Assembly (NCBI GenBank): GCA_002633005.1
Contig: NMRA01000558.1
Location: 134,441 to 198,440, forward strand
Reading direction: 5' to 3'
Length of the DNA stretch: 64,000 bases
Source of the DNA: Phoronis australis
Lineage: Eukaryota > Animalia > Phoronida
Shown in pieces: positions 13,601 to 26,316 of this stretch; the first letter of the stretch is position 1; each line of letters begins with the position of its first letter. The notes under the pieces were generated by a model. That model saw only the letters and a list, made by a program, of their open reading frames with translations, searched no databases and was not told the origin of the DNA. Position numbers and translations under genes: made by a program.

Positions 13601-16600
13601 CAAAATATAGTCTGCGTTGATTGAAGAAAACTAGAGGTTTATTAGAATCATCAACTTACAAAAATATGTAGTGGTGGATATTCGATTGGCTTGAACAAAG
13701 CCTCGGGAGGAGTCAGCTCAAGAATTTGCACAACAGGTGGAGGCACAGGCTTCTCGTCTAAAATGTCAGACACAACCATGTCACCTTCGTTCACAGGTGG
13801 ATTTGTGTCTGGGCGTTCTGATTGGTCAGTTGCTGGGAGAACAGAGGGCACCTTGGTTTCAAGCGCAATTACCTCATCCTGAAAAAAATAAAAAGTTATA
13901 GAGTACATGTATATTAATTGCTGAAAAGTAATAATTCTGATTTCCATCATGAAAACTTAATTTTGACTTAGGACACTCATCATAATGGATTATGAAAATG
14001 GATTCAAATTATCCATTGGTCAAATTATCCCTCGGTCAAATTATCCCTCGGTCAAATTATTCCCTCAGTCAAATTATCCCTCGGTCAAATTATCCCTCGG
14101 TCAAATTATCCCTCGGTCAAATTATCCCTCGGTGAAATTAAACCTCGGTGAAATTATCTCTCGGTGAAATTATCCCTCGGTGAAATTATCCCTCGGTGAA
14201 ATTATCCCTCGGTTAAATTATCGCTTGGTCAAATTATCCCTTGATCAAATTATCCCTTGGTCAAATTATCCCTTGGACAAATTATCCCTTGGTCAAATTA
14301 TTCATTGGTCAAATTATCCCTCGGTCAAATTATCCCTCGGTCAAATTATCCCTCGGTCAAATTATCCCTCGGTCAAATTATCCCTCGGTCAAATTATCCC
14401 TCGGTCAAATTATCCCTCGGTCAAATTATCCCTCGGTCAAATTATCCCTCGGTCAAATTATCCCTTGGTCAAATTTGATGTGACTTCAGGGCTTCAAAAC
14501 AATTTTAAGTTCATCATTGCTTGACACCAGGCCATACAAGTTACGTGTCACAACAAGAATGGTCTCAAGGAATAATGAAGTGTCATTTCATTGCAAAAAG
14601 CAGAAATCATCTCTCATCTGAGTAAGGCACAAGTTGAGAAAAATTTTAGATCTGTAACCAAAAAGCTTATGGAGCTGACACCTAGATTCTGAATGCAACT
14701 GAAGTAGAGAGCAAAAATGGTAATTAACAGTACCAAATCAAAAAAACACTGTCTTGATCATGACGCTATACTTACTGGTTATTACAATTTAGTTCACATT
14801 CACAAAACCCTTGACAACGTGTGAATTTTGCAAGTGAAATTAGCTTGAAATTCACGGTTGCTTCAAATGGTATGGTTTGCAACAGCACACTAGATATTAC
14901 ATTAATGAATTCACACAACACACAAACAGAAATCGAGTAAACAGAGGATGGGCAGTATTACCTCGGCCCCCGTGCGCAACTTCTTTACAAGTTGGAATGG
15001 CACGTAGCCATGTGAAGACTCGTGAACACTGTGTGGCTGGTAGCTCAACAGCTTGTACTGTTTAGGCACTACCAGCTCGCCGTAGTAGACATTCTTCTTG
15101 ATAACGACCTCTTTCGACTCGACAGGAACAAGGCCGAGTGCATCAGGAGCCTGGAGATAAAGAGCACACTCATTTTAGTTTTACAGACAGTGCGTGTATG
15201 TGAGCTGGATTCTATGTAGTTTACATAGTGACGTTTTGGCACATAGTGTCTGAGAAGGATTGATTAGTAAGTAAGTAAAGATTTTATAAAACATGTTTTT
15301 GTAAAAACAAAAACTCAAATGCAACTGAATGTTTATTCAAACCACTGCATAGAATATATACAGCTAGAGGGTTACTCAAATTTTGGATCAATAGAACATA
15401 TAAAGACAACAGGTCAGAAGTATATTCTATAATTTGCAACAGATGAAACGACGCAAAATTCTCATTTGTGCAAAATAAACTCCATAAAATGTTCTGCAGT
15501 CTAAGATACAGCTATTCGTTGAGATTACGCAGCATGCCATAAATTCTATTTATACTAAAGGTAAGACATCTATAGTGCTCTGGAAACAGAACAGTGGTAT
15601 GACTAGACAATACACTGCACTCTATCTGCACGGAGTCACCCACCATATCGTCCTTGACATTGGGTGAAGCGTAATGTGGGAACTGCACTGACTGTATCTT
15701 GTCAGCGGATATTGACGACATCTTGACAGGCTTCTCATTCTCTCCGTCCTCTCCACCCACCGACTCATTAGCACTCGACGTCAACTTCTTCTTCTTCCAC
15801 TGAAGTACCATCTGTCGGATTCCCTTGATTTTCTTGTCAGCTCGTAGTCGAAGGATTACCTGCAAATACAGAGATGAGTTCAGTTAGCTACATGTATTCA
15901 GTGGCATTGGGTTTCCACATGTTTTAATATAGCATACTCTCTAATGATTGGCAACAGTGATTAACTGGCAGAATGACCAGGTGTTGCATAAAAACCTAAT
16001 CGCTACAGGCCCTGGATTGCATTCTGTAGACACATAAACTTGCAAAGACCTAAGATCCCACAAGTCCTTGTAAGATATTGTCATAAATCAAAAGCGAAAA
16101 AAGTAATAATTATTACACTTTTCTCACAAATGTCTTGGATTTACAGAAATCAGTCCCAGGGATCAGTAAATGCTTTGTAATGCACAATCAAAATAAATTA
16201 GTTCAACTCCGGTTAAACCAAATAACTATTAATGACTAATAAAAAACACAGTAAGGCTGCAATTCAGCCAAGAAGCTGTTGCAGTACACAAGATTGAATA
16301 TAATTTCCTGTATACTTCGTAATGCATAGGAATTTCAAGCATAAACCATGTTATGGTCCTAGAAAAATCAACTATCTTTGCATTCACATCAAGTTTGGCC
16401 TTTCAAAGCAATGCCATCGCACTTTTGAACTCAAATTGACTTCTCGTCAGTAAATAGTCCCCTCAAGGCCAAACAGCATGCATGACAAAAACTAACCTGG
16501 CACAACAAACATCTTATCAGCCAAGGCTTAAAACAATAATAGCCTGTTACTTCTTCTCAAGCTTCAAACTTCTAATCTGAGTATGGAACAAGGTGAGATT

Positions 16601-19600
16601 ATTTTTTACAGTTAGTGGCCTAAATCAAAAGTCGATTTTTAACAGAAGGCTTGGGTTTACCACCCCTTTAAGACTGAAGTATGAATAAAAGTCAAAGTTA
16701 ACCTTTTTGAAGAGCTCCATTTCATAATGTGTACTTTGGTTTGCAACGAACCCTTCCACCAAAGCAATATATAAGATGGTTGCATCTTTAACGAGAATTC
16801 CTTAACCTTTGAGACTGAAGCTATGAAAGACAAAGTTAACTTTTGTAGCATGAACTAAATTAAATTTTTTCGCAACAAACCCTAGCATCCAAGCAATATG
16901 TAAGCTGGTAGCATCTTAAATCATGACATACCGTACGGCCTGCTTGAGCAAACTTATTGAGAGCACTGTGTCTCTGTGCCCAGGGGTTGTTAGTGTAAGT
17001 GTCAAATTGAGCATCTCCATCTGCCAGCTGGAAAAGAAGAAAAGACACTGTCATGTTTTGCAGGATCGCAAAGGAGTGGTAATGATGTCACCTCCCTTGG
17101 TCTGTCCACTCCAGTTGAAGATCTTGTTTTGAGAAGGGACTTAAGTTCAAGCACTAATTAAGTGTTTGTCAGTCCTTTATCAAAACTCAAGAGCCATACC
17201 ACATGGTACATTGTACGTAGCGTCAGTGTAATGGAACAAACCATTAGAAGAAGTGCATTAATTTTTTATTTTGTTTCCTAGAATATTGCAATTTAGTGCA
17301 GAGTGTGATATCATAGGTCTATGTCATTCAAAAAACTTAGTATGCTAATTGTTCACTTATTCAGCCCACAATAAAATAAAGGATTAAGAAAATAATGTAG
17401 TCTATCACTAGCATGGTTTGCACTGTGTAGATGTCACATATCATCTTTTGGTATATTTTCCATTATTTGCAGTAAAGTTATAAATTTTTGAAAACAGGAA
17501 AATGTCAATTTTGACAGTAATTTCTGTCCGCATTGTGAACTAATATTGAAATCACAGTTGACTCATTACTAAATTCAGATATTTGGTATCCATGATATAC
17601 AATTCACGTTAAATGTGTATCGTGTAACAACACTCACGGCCTGAGAATCTCGCACGGTCCGCCTGAATAAACACCGGCTGCAGGTCCTTTCATACTCTTC
17701 ACTCAGAACTGGGTCACCTCTTTTCAACTGAAAAATCAAGGATTCCTTACCACATTATGCAAATTGTTGGAACAGTTGAAAACCACACTGTTTGTGATTT
17801 GCACATGCCATGTCCTAGAGAGTATTTTGAAGTTTTTTAAAACTGGCACACAATGATTCACAGGAATTAAACAAAAAGACACAAATATGAAGTACACTGA
17901 TAATTTTCTCATTATAATAACATATAATTGGACTTAAAGAACACTTACCCTATATAAATCCCACGCATCACTCCTTTTGTTTAAGACATCCTCTTTTTTC
18001 GCAGCTGTAATCTGAACTTCTCCTAGTCGAACCTGCCACCTAAGTTGGTTCTGTCTCTCCTCGTACACGTCTTTTTTAACTGCATGGTCAAATATGGCCT
18101 CCTATAATGATTGAACAAAGTGAGCGATTTAAAAAAGATATAATACGAACAGATAATGACTGACAGCTACCAATAAAACATGTGTCTTAAGTTTGTTCAT
18201 AACAATATCCATTGGATTATGCTGCTGTTCTTGTTAACTTTTGAAGGATCAAGAGTTTGAACAACGTAAAGACAAAAGAGGTAAACACGATACTTGTGCA
18301 GGCATGCCCATACAGAGAATGATCAATACACAGGTGTGGGACAAAAGGCAGGGGACTAGTTGTCCCAGGCCCACTGATTGGCTGGTTTCACAGTGCTGTA
18401 CATGTAATCTCAACCATTTCTTATATTTGTCCATTGTTGTATCGCCCTGGATCTGCAGCGAGAAATCTGTCTGTAGAGTAAATTTGGTGAAAGATAAAGT
18501 CACGCAAAAGTCTACGGATGTACGCCGAATGTCTTACTACTGCACAATGTGCCTCCACCAACAAGAAAAATACTGTGAGTAATACCAATTACTCTTTAAT
18601 TTTAAGGCGTTTTTTAATGAACAATAGTCATCACTTATGATCGATTCTGTTGTTCGTGGCAGTAGTCAGCCCAATTGACATTATATGGCAGTTCAACCTT
18701 CATGGCATAGAATAAGTGAAGCTTTCAAAAAGGCGTTTTGACAAGTCCTTGTCCTTTGAAGCTTTAGAGAAGTAACCAACGAGAGAACATTCTGCATATA
18801 TTTGAACAAACGATCAAACAACAACAGCTTTCATCAAATCTTACCTTCATCTGCCGTGAGCTTGTTTCCATGTCTTTTTTATTCATGGCTAAAAGAAAAC
18901 AAATTAAAATTGCCAATGAGCAATAGAATAAATATATGATGATGGTAATTCAGATGCAGAGCAAAATGGTAGCATTAAACAATAACATAAAGAGACAAGT
19001 AAGTAAACAATGCATTCTGTCTTTGTTACCTGCAACAGGGCTGGATTTTGTTTCAAAAGTATTTGGATAAGAGCGGTATGTTCTGTCAGCCTCACCTTCT
19101 CTATAATCTTTGGCCCTGAGTTTGCCAGGAATCTGATTGAGAACTTGAGCCACAGCATGGGGCGTGTTTAAATCTGGTGGGAAATGAATTCCCTCAATTT
19201 CAATTTCCTGAAATAACGCAAGTAAACCGGGTGACATTTCAGAACTTGTAAGCACGGCAACACCACAACTGACACAACAAGCAAACTGAACACAATTGCA
19301 ACACAATGTTTATGACAAACATATTAAAGTTTTGAAAATCCTAGCACATGAATGTTCAGAGAAAAGTTTTACACAATATGCATGTTTGAGAGTAGTGAGG
19401 TCTTTATACATTCCACAAATAGCAACTGAACGCCAGATTTAATCGACAAGCAACGTAACACAAACTGATACACAATCCTTATAACCTGTAAGTCACAAAA
19501 ATCGAACTCTTTATCAGGTCCTAAGTTAAAGCTGAGAGGTGGTGGCTGCAAAAATAAACTCACAACTGTGATATTCATATGAACATGAGAACCGTATACT

Positions 19601-22600
19601 CTTTGCAAAATGGAAGCTTTTCAGCCACTTGCATGTCGCAAAACAGTCATGGTGATTAATGTACATCATCTCTACATACATTTAAGACATTCGTGGTCCA
19701 TTCACACCAACCTTACTCTGAGCCCATAACTACACTCCCATCGAACCAGTTTCAGGAAATCAGTACGATACTCAATACTCAAATTAAGTTTAATGAAGAA
19801 AATTGTTTCCAGAACAAATCTAATCAAGGAAATTCTTTTCTTCTGCAAGGGCACACCAAACTGTTACTGAGATAAGGAACCCTGCTTAACTGATTCCAAC
19901 AAGACTGGTTCTGCCACCTGTAGTAATTGAACAATTTGCATCCCTAAGTAGATAAAAAGAATAATATCAAACCAAAATATGTCTTTATTATTTCCCAACC
20001 TGTTTTTCATAGTTCAAGGTAAGCAATCTCTTCCAACAGACACCAGCTTGGATTATAGTTCCGCTCGCTGGAGTACCAATGTTGTTCTAGAAGTTTTCAA
20101 ACTTAAACTAAATGAGGGTGACAGATCATTGTTTTGGTTCAAGCTTTAGAGTGACCAAGTTGTAGTTAATATCTCCTTAAACGTGATCGTTTATTGTCCT
20201 AGTAAAGCCCTATTCCAGAACGAGTATTCAACATTTTAAGAGACAAGTTTATTGATTGGAATGAAATGGGGGAGATAAATTTAACGGTAATTGTCACAAA
20301 GTCAAATTCAAAGCATCCTGCAAGATATTTATCATTTTTGTTTAATGGTATTACAAAGTAACGTAACACATTAACTAAACAATACATTGGGATTGAGCTT
20401 CAAAATAAAAATTGGATGTTCTGAAAGCAAATAAAAAGACTGTAAGCTAGAAGTTTTTAAATTTACCTTTTTTGACGGAACACTTTGGGTAAATCCGTTT
20501 TTTATCTTTTTCTTCGAAACTGTTTTCTTCTTTAACCTAGACCTATCCAGGGGACTGATTGCTCTTGGGTCCAGGATATTCAGTGTATCCTCCATGGCTT
20601 GAACTATAGAAGTCTCTTTAACTATCGTCTTCTCAGCAAGTTCTCTGAACGCAAATGCAAAGAAAGGGTTTAGAAAATAGCAGAACTGAAAACTGCTCCC
20701 AACCTGTTCACTGGCATTCTGCCCATGACTCTTGGACCTACTGATCTTAGGGACATTTCATTACTTCAAGACATGAGTGGAAAACAAAACAAATCAAACT
20801 ATCCAAAGATGATAAAATGCATCTTATTTTGTGAAATAGACTAAGACTAATAAACAAAGGAGTAATGTCCAACACATGCCAAATATGAGCACAGGCTATG
20901 AACTGCTGACCAGTTGTCAAAGGGCATATAGGCAAAAACAGACTTTTAGTTACAGAGTTACCTTTCGTATTCTGCACAACAAAGCATTTTGCTGTCACAT
21001 CTACTAAATAAAAATGAAAGTTCTAATGAATCATCAGACAGCAATGAAAAATTTATCCACAGGCATGTATGCCCTGCATTACATTTTTGCTGAGAATTAT
21101 TTCTGCATACTAATTACACAACGATTATTAATAAATTATGGGTCGTGCAAAAACAAGAATATCAACCCCAAACATTTGCAGATAGATACTGACATGAACT
21201 GGTCATTGACAAAAGCTATTTGCCCACGATGCACGTGTTAATGCAGAGCAGAGTTGTACAGTTGCCTAGTGCCTCACCTGGCCAGTCCAGGTGTGCTGGT
21301 ACCTGTGCAGGTACAAATGACTGGTTTAAAGTTGAACTGGGATATGTTAAGTTGACAAATCATACGCGATGTGCTGAACTCCACGGGTGAATATGTGACA
21401 GTGATCTCCACCTCACCATTGGCTGGAATGACACCTGCAGGGGAAAAGTGAAACTGAAGAAAGCCTTGGAAAACCTTCAAGTTCTGATGAGAGCACATTC
21501 GCACAGTAGTTTCATTAGTGAATAGCAGAATTAGTTTCCTCAATCAATTGAACGACATCAAAAAAGTAGGAATATTTGAATTTGAATATCAGTCAAACAG
21601 TATGCTTTCCTTCTGGCTATTTCCTAGATTATGAAGTTTGGAAAAACAATTATTTGCATGTGAACAATGTCTGTCACTCAGAGTTGTTCAGATATTTCCT
21701 CAATTACTACAGGGCAACTGTAATAGTTTTACTCCACTGACATCTGCTGCAAATATTTTGTTTTCTTGTACGCTTATTTCACAGACTACTTTACCTGTCA
21801 TGGGCTCTATAGTAAATGCCGAGTGAGGTTGTAAGTAGACTAGTTGAAACTCAAAGTCAATGGGCACATCACATCGAAGTGGAATGATTTTGGATTTTCT
21901 GAAATGAAAGGAAACTAGAATTATCAAAAGCACAAAATTTATGATCAATAATCAAACTTACCCTTACAAACCAGCATTCTATAAAAGAAACTTTCAATTA
22001 ACTGCACATAAAATAAAACAGGTTTTTTACCCATGAAAATCAGTTGCTGCCCATAGAAAGACGTCATATCTAATTAACACCGGAGACAATGTTTAGCTCA
22101 TACAATGACATGTTGTGAAAAGCCAACTTGCTGTTTTGGTCTCAAGTAAAGGGAAACATTTCCTTCCACGACCAGAAATACATTTAAAGTTAATGAGTAA
22201 GACCTATTTCATCACGTTGTAAGTTATTTGTTTTAGCGAAAGTATTTTTATAGCACTTTTGTAATTTTTAAGTACTATATTCTATGTATTACTAGAACTA
22301 CCAAGAACCAAAATGGCACAAATTGTGTGAGAACCCACAGCAAGATATCACAGCTACCCCGTAAGGTGATAGGGTTGAATTACATCACACAAACAAGTTG
22401 AAAAACTGCACACACTGCAATTCATAATGGTGCTGTTTTGATATAACTAAAAAGTAATTTCCTTTATTCTACATTTATTTACCAAATTCTTATTAAGCTT
22501 TTCTTTGCATATTTCCAATCTTTCTTGAATATATCAATAAATCTTAGGCAGAGGTAATGCCATTTGATACAAGTTGAAGCAACAACAGTTTGTCAACAGT

Positions 22601-25600
22601 CCCTTTTGCGCATATATTTGGTTATTAAGCAGGCAGTCACGTAAATGACTCATTTTCTGCCTGAGCATGAATATATATTATATGTGCAGGCGTGCGTGCG
22701 TGCGTGCACTCATATGTATGTGTGCAAGCATTTCTGTAATTCTTTAGAGAATCTACAAAATAATGTATTGCAACTTTAAGAGCCAGTATCCAAAGGCATT
22801 AAAATTAAAAACTGCGAACACATAATGCATGATTATACAATTCTGATGCAACTGTGAGAACTACTCAATATGTCGTCCTTACTTGTGACCAACAGGAGTC
22901 GCTGGGAATGTCAGGATCTGAGGAAATGTGGACGTATCCAGTATTGGATAGGCATGGATAGGAATGATAAGATTTTCATCTCCCTGGAAAAAGATATTCT
23001 TCATTAACCAGAGTGTCAGTTTATCACCACAAAATGTGTCTTTTGTCTTTTTCAACGCAGTCACTTGTGAAAGCAAACAATGGAAATAGTGATAAGATTT
23101 AAATGTTATAACAAAATCCAAAGTATAAAAGAATGTATCAATTTAAAAGCAACAAGAAAGAGACTGGAATTGCTTTTACAGGAAGTCTGTGCTTCTCTCC
23201 TTCATTTAAAATGTAGATACTTTTATAAAAGACAATTAGTCACTCAGCTTCAGTTCAGAATGAAATGAGTATAGGTAAGTCCTATCATACAATTGCAACA
23301 TGCCACAGTTACGCAACTCACCTTGGTGTGGATCCTAATGCAGTCATAATAGTACCTCCACTCGTCAGGACAAAACTCCACAGTACAGTCCAATGTCATG
23401 CCAGGCACCAGACGCTCCTAATCAGAATAAAATGTCATTAGTAACATTGAAAAATTAACACAATCATTAACATTAAGTTGAACAATTAAACACGACACAT
23501 GCATAAGTGAATCCTGAATTTCAAAAAGAGCATTCATACATTATTTTTGTCGATGATAGGGATGAAGTCATTCGGGACAAGAACTCGTCCACCTTCTAGA
23601 AATACATGTGGCAATTAAAGGTAAACGGTTTTCTGTAAATAAGGATCATAGTTGCTTGATAGAGAACCTTTTGCACACTTCATGCTAACCTGCTACTTGA
23701 ATTGAAAACTGTCTATCAGCCAACTCAGTTTTCACACAATATTGTAGCTATAGATCAAGTTTGTTACTTGGTTTAACTGCAAGCTCCTAAATGTGGATGT
23801 ATGGTAAAATCTCACTTTAATATTTCAATTTCGCTTTTGTAATCCAATGTTCTAAATATATTTTATGAACAAATTACAAATTTCACTTGTTCGCCATATT
23901 TTCTCTTCAATTGCCAAGATTTTAACAAGCACATGTAGGCACATCTAGATATGTAGGCCTGTGCATCAGGGCCAAAATGGAAACAGGGACAACATGAGGG
24001 TTGAGTTTACGTACTTTCACAGCTTCACCATCTCAAACCTGGTGAAAATCTCTGGAAACTCTTCAAATGTTTCACACAAAAATAAATGCAAGAATTGTCA
24101 TTTTATATTTTTAAATGCTGGTCACTTAATTAATTAATGATAAGAATTTTCCAAAAGTTGTTTTATGATACCTACACAGTTCAAACCATGCTACCAGACT
24201 AAAATCACCTTACTCTTTATTTTTGTTGAGAAATTAGACAAAATGGAATTTCACTTGTTGGCCACATTGTGTGCTAAATAAGTGAAACAATTACCGTGTA
24301 CACTAAGTTTACACTCACCACAAAGCCTTAATGAAAATGGCTTTGTAAACCTTTACTAACCAAGAATATGTAAGTTGTGAGTATTACATGGTCATCAGTT
24401 ACCTGTTTCTTATACTTTATCTTGAAGTATTTGCTCTGCGGGGGAATGATGTGCATTCGGATGACCTCAGCATCAACGTTGCCGATTCTCAGGGGCAGAC
24501 TCAACACTTGTCCAGTCTCGAACCCAGCAAAGTACAGAGTGGAAGGCGAGGCCTTGACAGTGGCATTCTGGGATAGTTTGGCATAAATTTCTAGAAAACA
24601 CGTCAAACAGTTATAGTCATTAGATGATAAGACATGACATGGTTGGGTAAAGATCCTTGTCAATATTGATGATATGATGTAGGCATCCATGTTAGCAAGT
24701 GTAGCTCAAGTATATTTGAAACGTACTTAATGATAGATCAGATCAAAAATCCTTCCCAATAATTGATTTTCACATAAAACAAAATAATGTTCTCTAATTT
24801 CACAATAATAAACAAGAACAAACCATGGGCAAAACGTTATAGTTATATAGATATATAAATCTTAAACCGGCGTGGAAATGTGTATTGCAGATATTTCTAA
24901 GATTAATCACACTGATAATCATTAGGTCAGGTGATGTAGCCACAGGTGGCGTGCTGACCAGACTTATTGTGTGCAAAACATTATAGGTATGTAGCAATTT
25001 TTTTAAAATTATACTCAGTAGGAGAGGTGGTGTTAGCCTAAGAGGTAAGCCTGGAGCAAAGAGTCATACCTTAATTACCTGCATCTGCACTATCGCAGGA
25101 ATTATAGATAAAATAGTTTAAAAAAAACAATGCAAAACTAAGGGTTTCATAAACACAACAATGGTTTAGGGGCTTTAACACAAACAGTGAGCTCAGCCAG
25201 ATAAACACATGCATTTTAAAATTGATATTTCATGGCACACGGTAGGGGAAAGATTCACCATAAGGGTATTTTAAATTTTAATGAGCCAAAATGAATGTCA
25301 TCTATTGGGTCATTCATTAATACACTGCTCTACCACCATAAAGCAGTGGAGAAATGGCATCGTAATACAGAATGCTTAACTGATACTTTTTGATTGACAT
25401 ACTTCATAAACATTTGGTTTACCGACTAGTATTATGCAGCACCATGTTTGAACTATATTAGACAGTAGGGAGACCCCTACATGGGAGGATCCGTCCATCA
25501 AATTACAATAAGCCTCCTTCCTCCACGCTAAAAAAATCCCACCAATTTACGTTTCCCCAAGAAAATGTAATCCCTCCGACATGAACTTACTCGAGTCCAG

Positions 25601-25723
25601 TAGGTGGTTTGGCACTGGTTGGTCCACTCTTTCATCAACAAGTTGCATAGTTTCCAAGAGAATTCCCTTGGACATACCATTCTGGTATGCGTTAAAGCTG
25701 TTGTGAGACTGAATATCAGTCAT
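10550..25723 (-). CDS. CFAP221: Cilia- and flagella-associated protein 221 (PCDP1), full spliced CDS span
   Basis: Exons in transcript order: 25723-25591, 24590-24403, 23417-23322, 22983-22883, 21898-21795, 21434-21278, 20644-20467, [19545-19486 optional], 19207-19096, 18888-18845, 18101-17949, 17727-17638, 17027-16932, 15859-15644, 15150-14962, 13878-13660, 12903-12751, 12155-11956, 11381-11262, 11036-10965, 10676-10550. All introns are GT-AG and phases join into one ORF (2808 nt with the optional exon). Peptides [51 protein letters not shown] and APDALGLVP match vertebrate CFAP221 as recalled. Confidence 0.95.
10965..11036 (-). CDS. CFAP221: CFAP221 penultimate exon ([23 protein letters not shown])
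   Basis: 72 nt, phase 2/2, AG|GTAAGT donor. Confidence 0.82.
11262..11381 (-). CDS. CFAP221: CFAP221 exon (EGEDGENL...[10 protein letters not shown]...KQS)
   Basis: 120 nt, phase 2/2, LTPEM motif. Confidence 0.88.
11956..12155 (-). CDS. CFAP221: CFAP221 exon ([14 protein letters not shown]...IYEEA)
   Basis: 200 nt, phase 0 to 2. Confidence 0.92.
12751..12903 (-). CDS. CFAP221: CFAP221 exon ([30 protein letters not shown]...LERE)
   Basis: 153 nt, phase 0/0. Confidence 0.92.
13660..13878 (-). CDS. CFAP221: CFAP221 exon (DEVIALETK...[10 protein letters not shown])
   Basis: 219 nt, phase 0/0, GTAAGT donor. Confidence 0.9.
14004..14475. repeat. 16-bp minisatellite (GGTCAAATTATCCCTC) of about 29 copies in a CFAP221 intron
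   Basis: Read directly; produces the 16-aa periodic spurious ORFs in three frames. Confidence 0.97.
14962..15150 (-). CDS. CFAP221: CFAP221 exon ([12 protein letters not shown]...KLRTGAE)
   Basis: 189 nt, phase 0/0, conserved motif. Confidence 0.93.
15644..15859 (-). CDS. CFAP221: CFAP221 exon ([10 protein letters not shown]...PNVKDDM)
   Basis: 216 nt, phase 0/0; the donor ATG|GTGGGT is less certain. Confidence 0.85.
16932..17027 (-). CDS. CFAP221: CFAP221 exon ([32 protein letters not shown])
   Basis: 96 nt, phase 0/0; NNPW...F.QA.R pattern. Confidence 0.92.
17638..17727 (-). CDS. CFAP221: CFAP221 exon ([15 protein letters not shown]...DSQA)
   Basis: 90 nt, phase 0/0, GTGAGT donor. Confidence 0.88.
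17949..18101 (-). CDS. CFAP221: CFAP221 exon ([27 protein letters not shown]...)
   Basis: 153 nt, phase 0/0, GTAAGT donor. Confidence 0.93.
18845..18888 (-). CDS. CFAP221: CFAP221 exon ([15 protein letters not shown])
   Basis: 44 nt, phase 1 to 0, conserved RQMK. Confidence 0.88.
19096..19207 (-). CDS. CFAP221: CFAP221 exon ([37 protein letters not shown])
   Basis: Conserved VLNQxPGKL, canonical splice sites. Confidence 0.93.
19486..19545 (-). CDS. CFAP221: Candidate optional CFAP221 cassette exon ([20 protein letters not shown])
   Basis: 60 nt, phase 0/0, TTTATTTTTGCAG acceptor and CAG|GTTATA donor, open frame; no conserved counterpart recognised. Confidence 0.45.
20467..20644 (-). CDS. 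CFAP221: CFAP221 exon 7 ([10 protein letters not shown]...SVPSKK)
   Basis: Phase 2 to 0, TTCAG acceptor, AAG|GTAAAT donor. Confidence 0.85.
21278..21434 (-). CDS. CFAP221: CFAP221 exon 6 ([13 protein letters not shown]...PGLA)
   Basis: Phase 1 to 2, canonical splice sites. Confidence 0.93.
21795..21898 (-). CDS. CFAP221: CFAP221 exon 5 ([17 protein letters not shown]...IEPMT)
   Basis: Phase 2 to 1, canonical splice sites. Confidence 0.93.
22883..22983 (-). CDS. CFAP221: CFAP221 exon 4 ([13 protein letters not shown]...PVGH)
   Basis: TTTTCCAG acceptor, GTAAGG donor. Confidence 0.93.
23322..23417 (-). CDS. CFAP221: CFAP221 exon 3 ([32 protein letters not shown])
   Basis: 96 nt, AG/GTGAGT, signature [11 protein letters not shown]. 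Confidence 0.95.
24403..24590 (-). CDS. CFAP221: CFAP221 exon 2 (KIYAKLSQN...[14 protein letters not shown])
   Basis: AG/GT boundaries, phase 1 to 0, start of the ASH/Ig-like region. Confidence 0.93.
25591..25723 (-). CDS. CFAP221: CFAP221 coding exon 1 (MTDIQSHN...VPNHLLDS)
   Basis: ATG at 25723-25721; donor A|GTAAGT at 25590; conserved VPNHLL motif. Confidence 0.88.
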
Positions 25724-26060
25724 TATGAGATATGTTTCCGTTAATTTCTTTTACGTAACGTAGGATCTCATCTGAACAGAGAGCATTCGAAATTCCGCTG
25801 TATTATATTTCGTTCAATCAGCTACGGCAGTCGCCATCTTGTTTAGATTGTCTCACTGCTAGAGTACACAAGCGATAAACAAAATAGTACATATTAGGTG
25901 TCACGACCATTATTATTTTTGCCAAGTCTGGTCTATTAAGGAGGCAAAAGATAATAAAATGCTAGTATTTACACACTCTAATTATTTTATGTGTAGAATT
26001 TATCATTATTTCAAAAAGTAATTTTATTAAATTAATACTCGTAGAACTACTTCGTTAAAA

Positions 26061-26074
26061 ATTCCTATGGAAAC
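26061..26074. promoter_or_regulatory. Candidate RFX X-box upstream of CFAP221
   Basis: ATTCCT AT GGAAAC fits RYYNYY-N1-3-RRNRAC, about 340 bp upstream of the ATG of a ciliary gene; forkhead-type ATAAACA at 25875-25881. Confidence 0.5.
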
Positions 26075-26316
26075 GTGCTTCGCGGAAAAGTGGCTCTTTA
26101 CATTATGGAAATAATAAAACAAGACTACTCTCAAATTAGGTCAAAAAGCAAAACACGTCAACAGTTGGGGATGTTTGCTAGTTGGAATATAACAGTGTGC
26201 AAACTGTTGTAAGCACAGTAATGATGGGTGAGTTTTTGGTCGTCAGGTACATTGAACAAATGGAAGTGTGTGACTAAGAGCACAACACAAAACCTTTTTG
26301 GCGAAGTCACTTAAAC

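Noticed and set aside
13985-14524. Four overlapping ORFs with [16 protein letters not shown] repeats; superficially CRISPR-like array
   Set aside because: These are translations of a 16-bp minisatellite in an intron; there are no unique spacers, no cas genes, and the context is eukaryotic.
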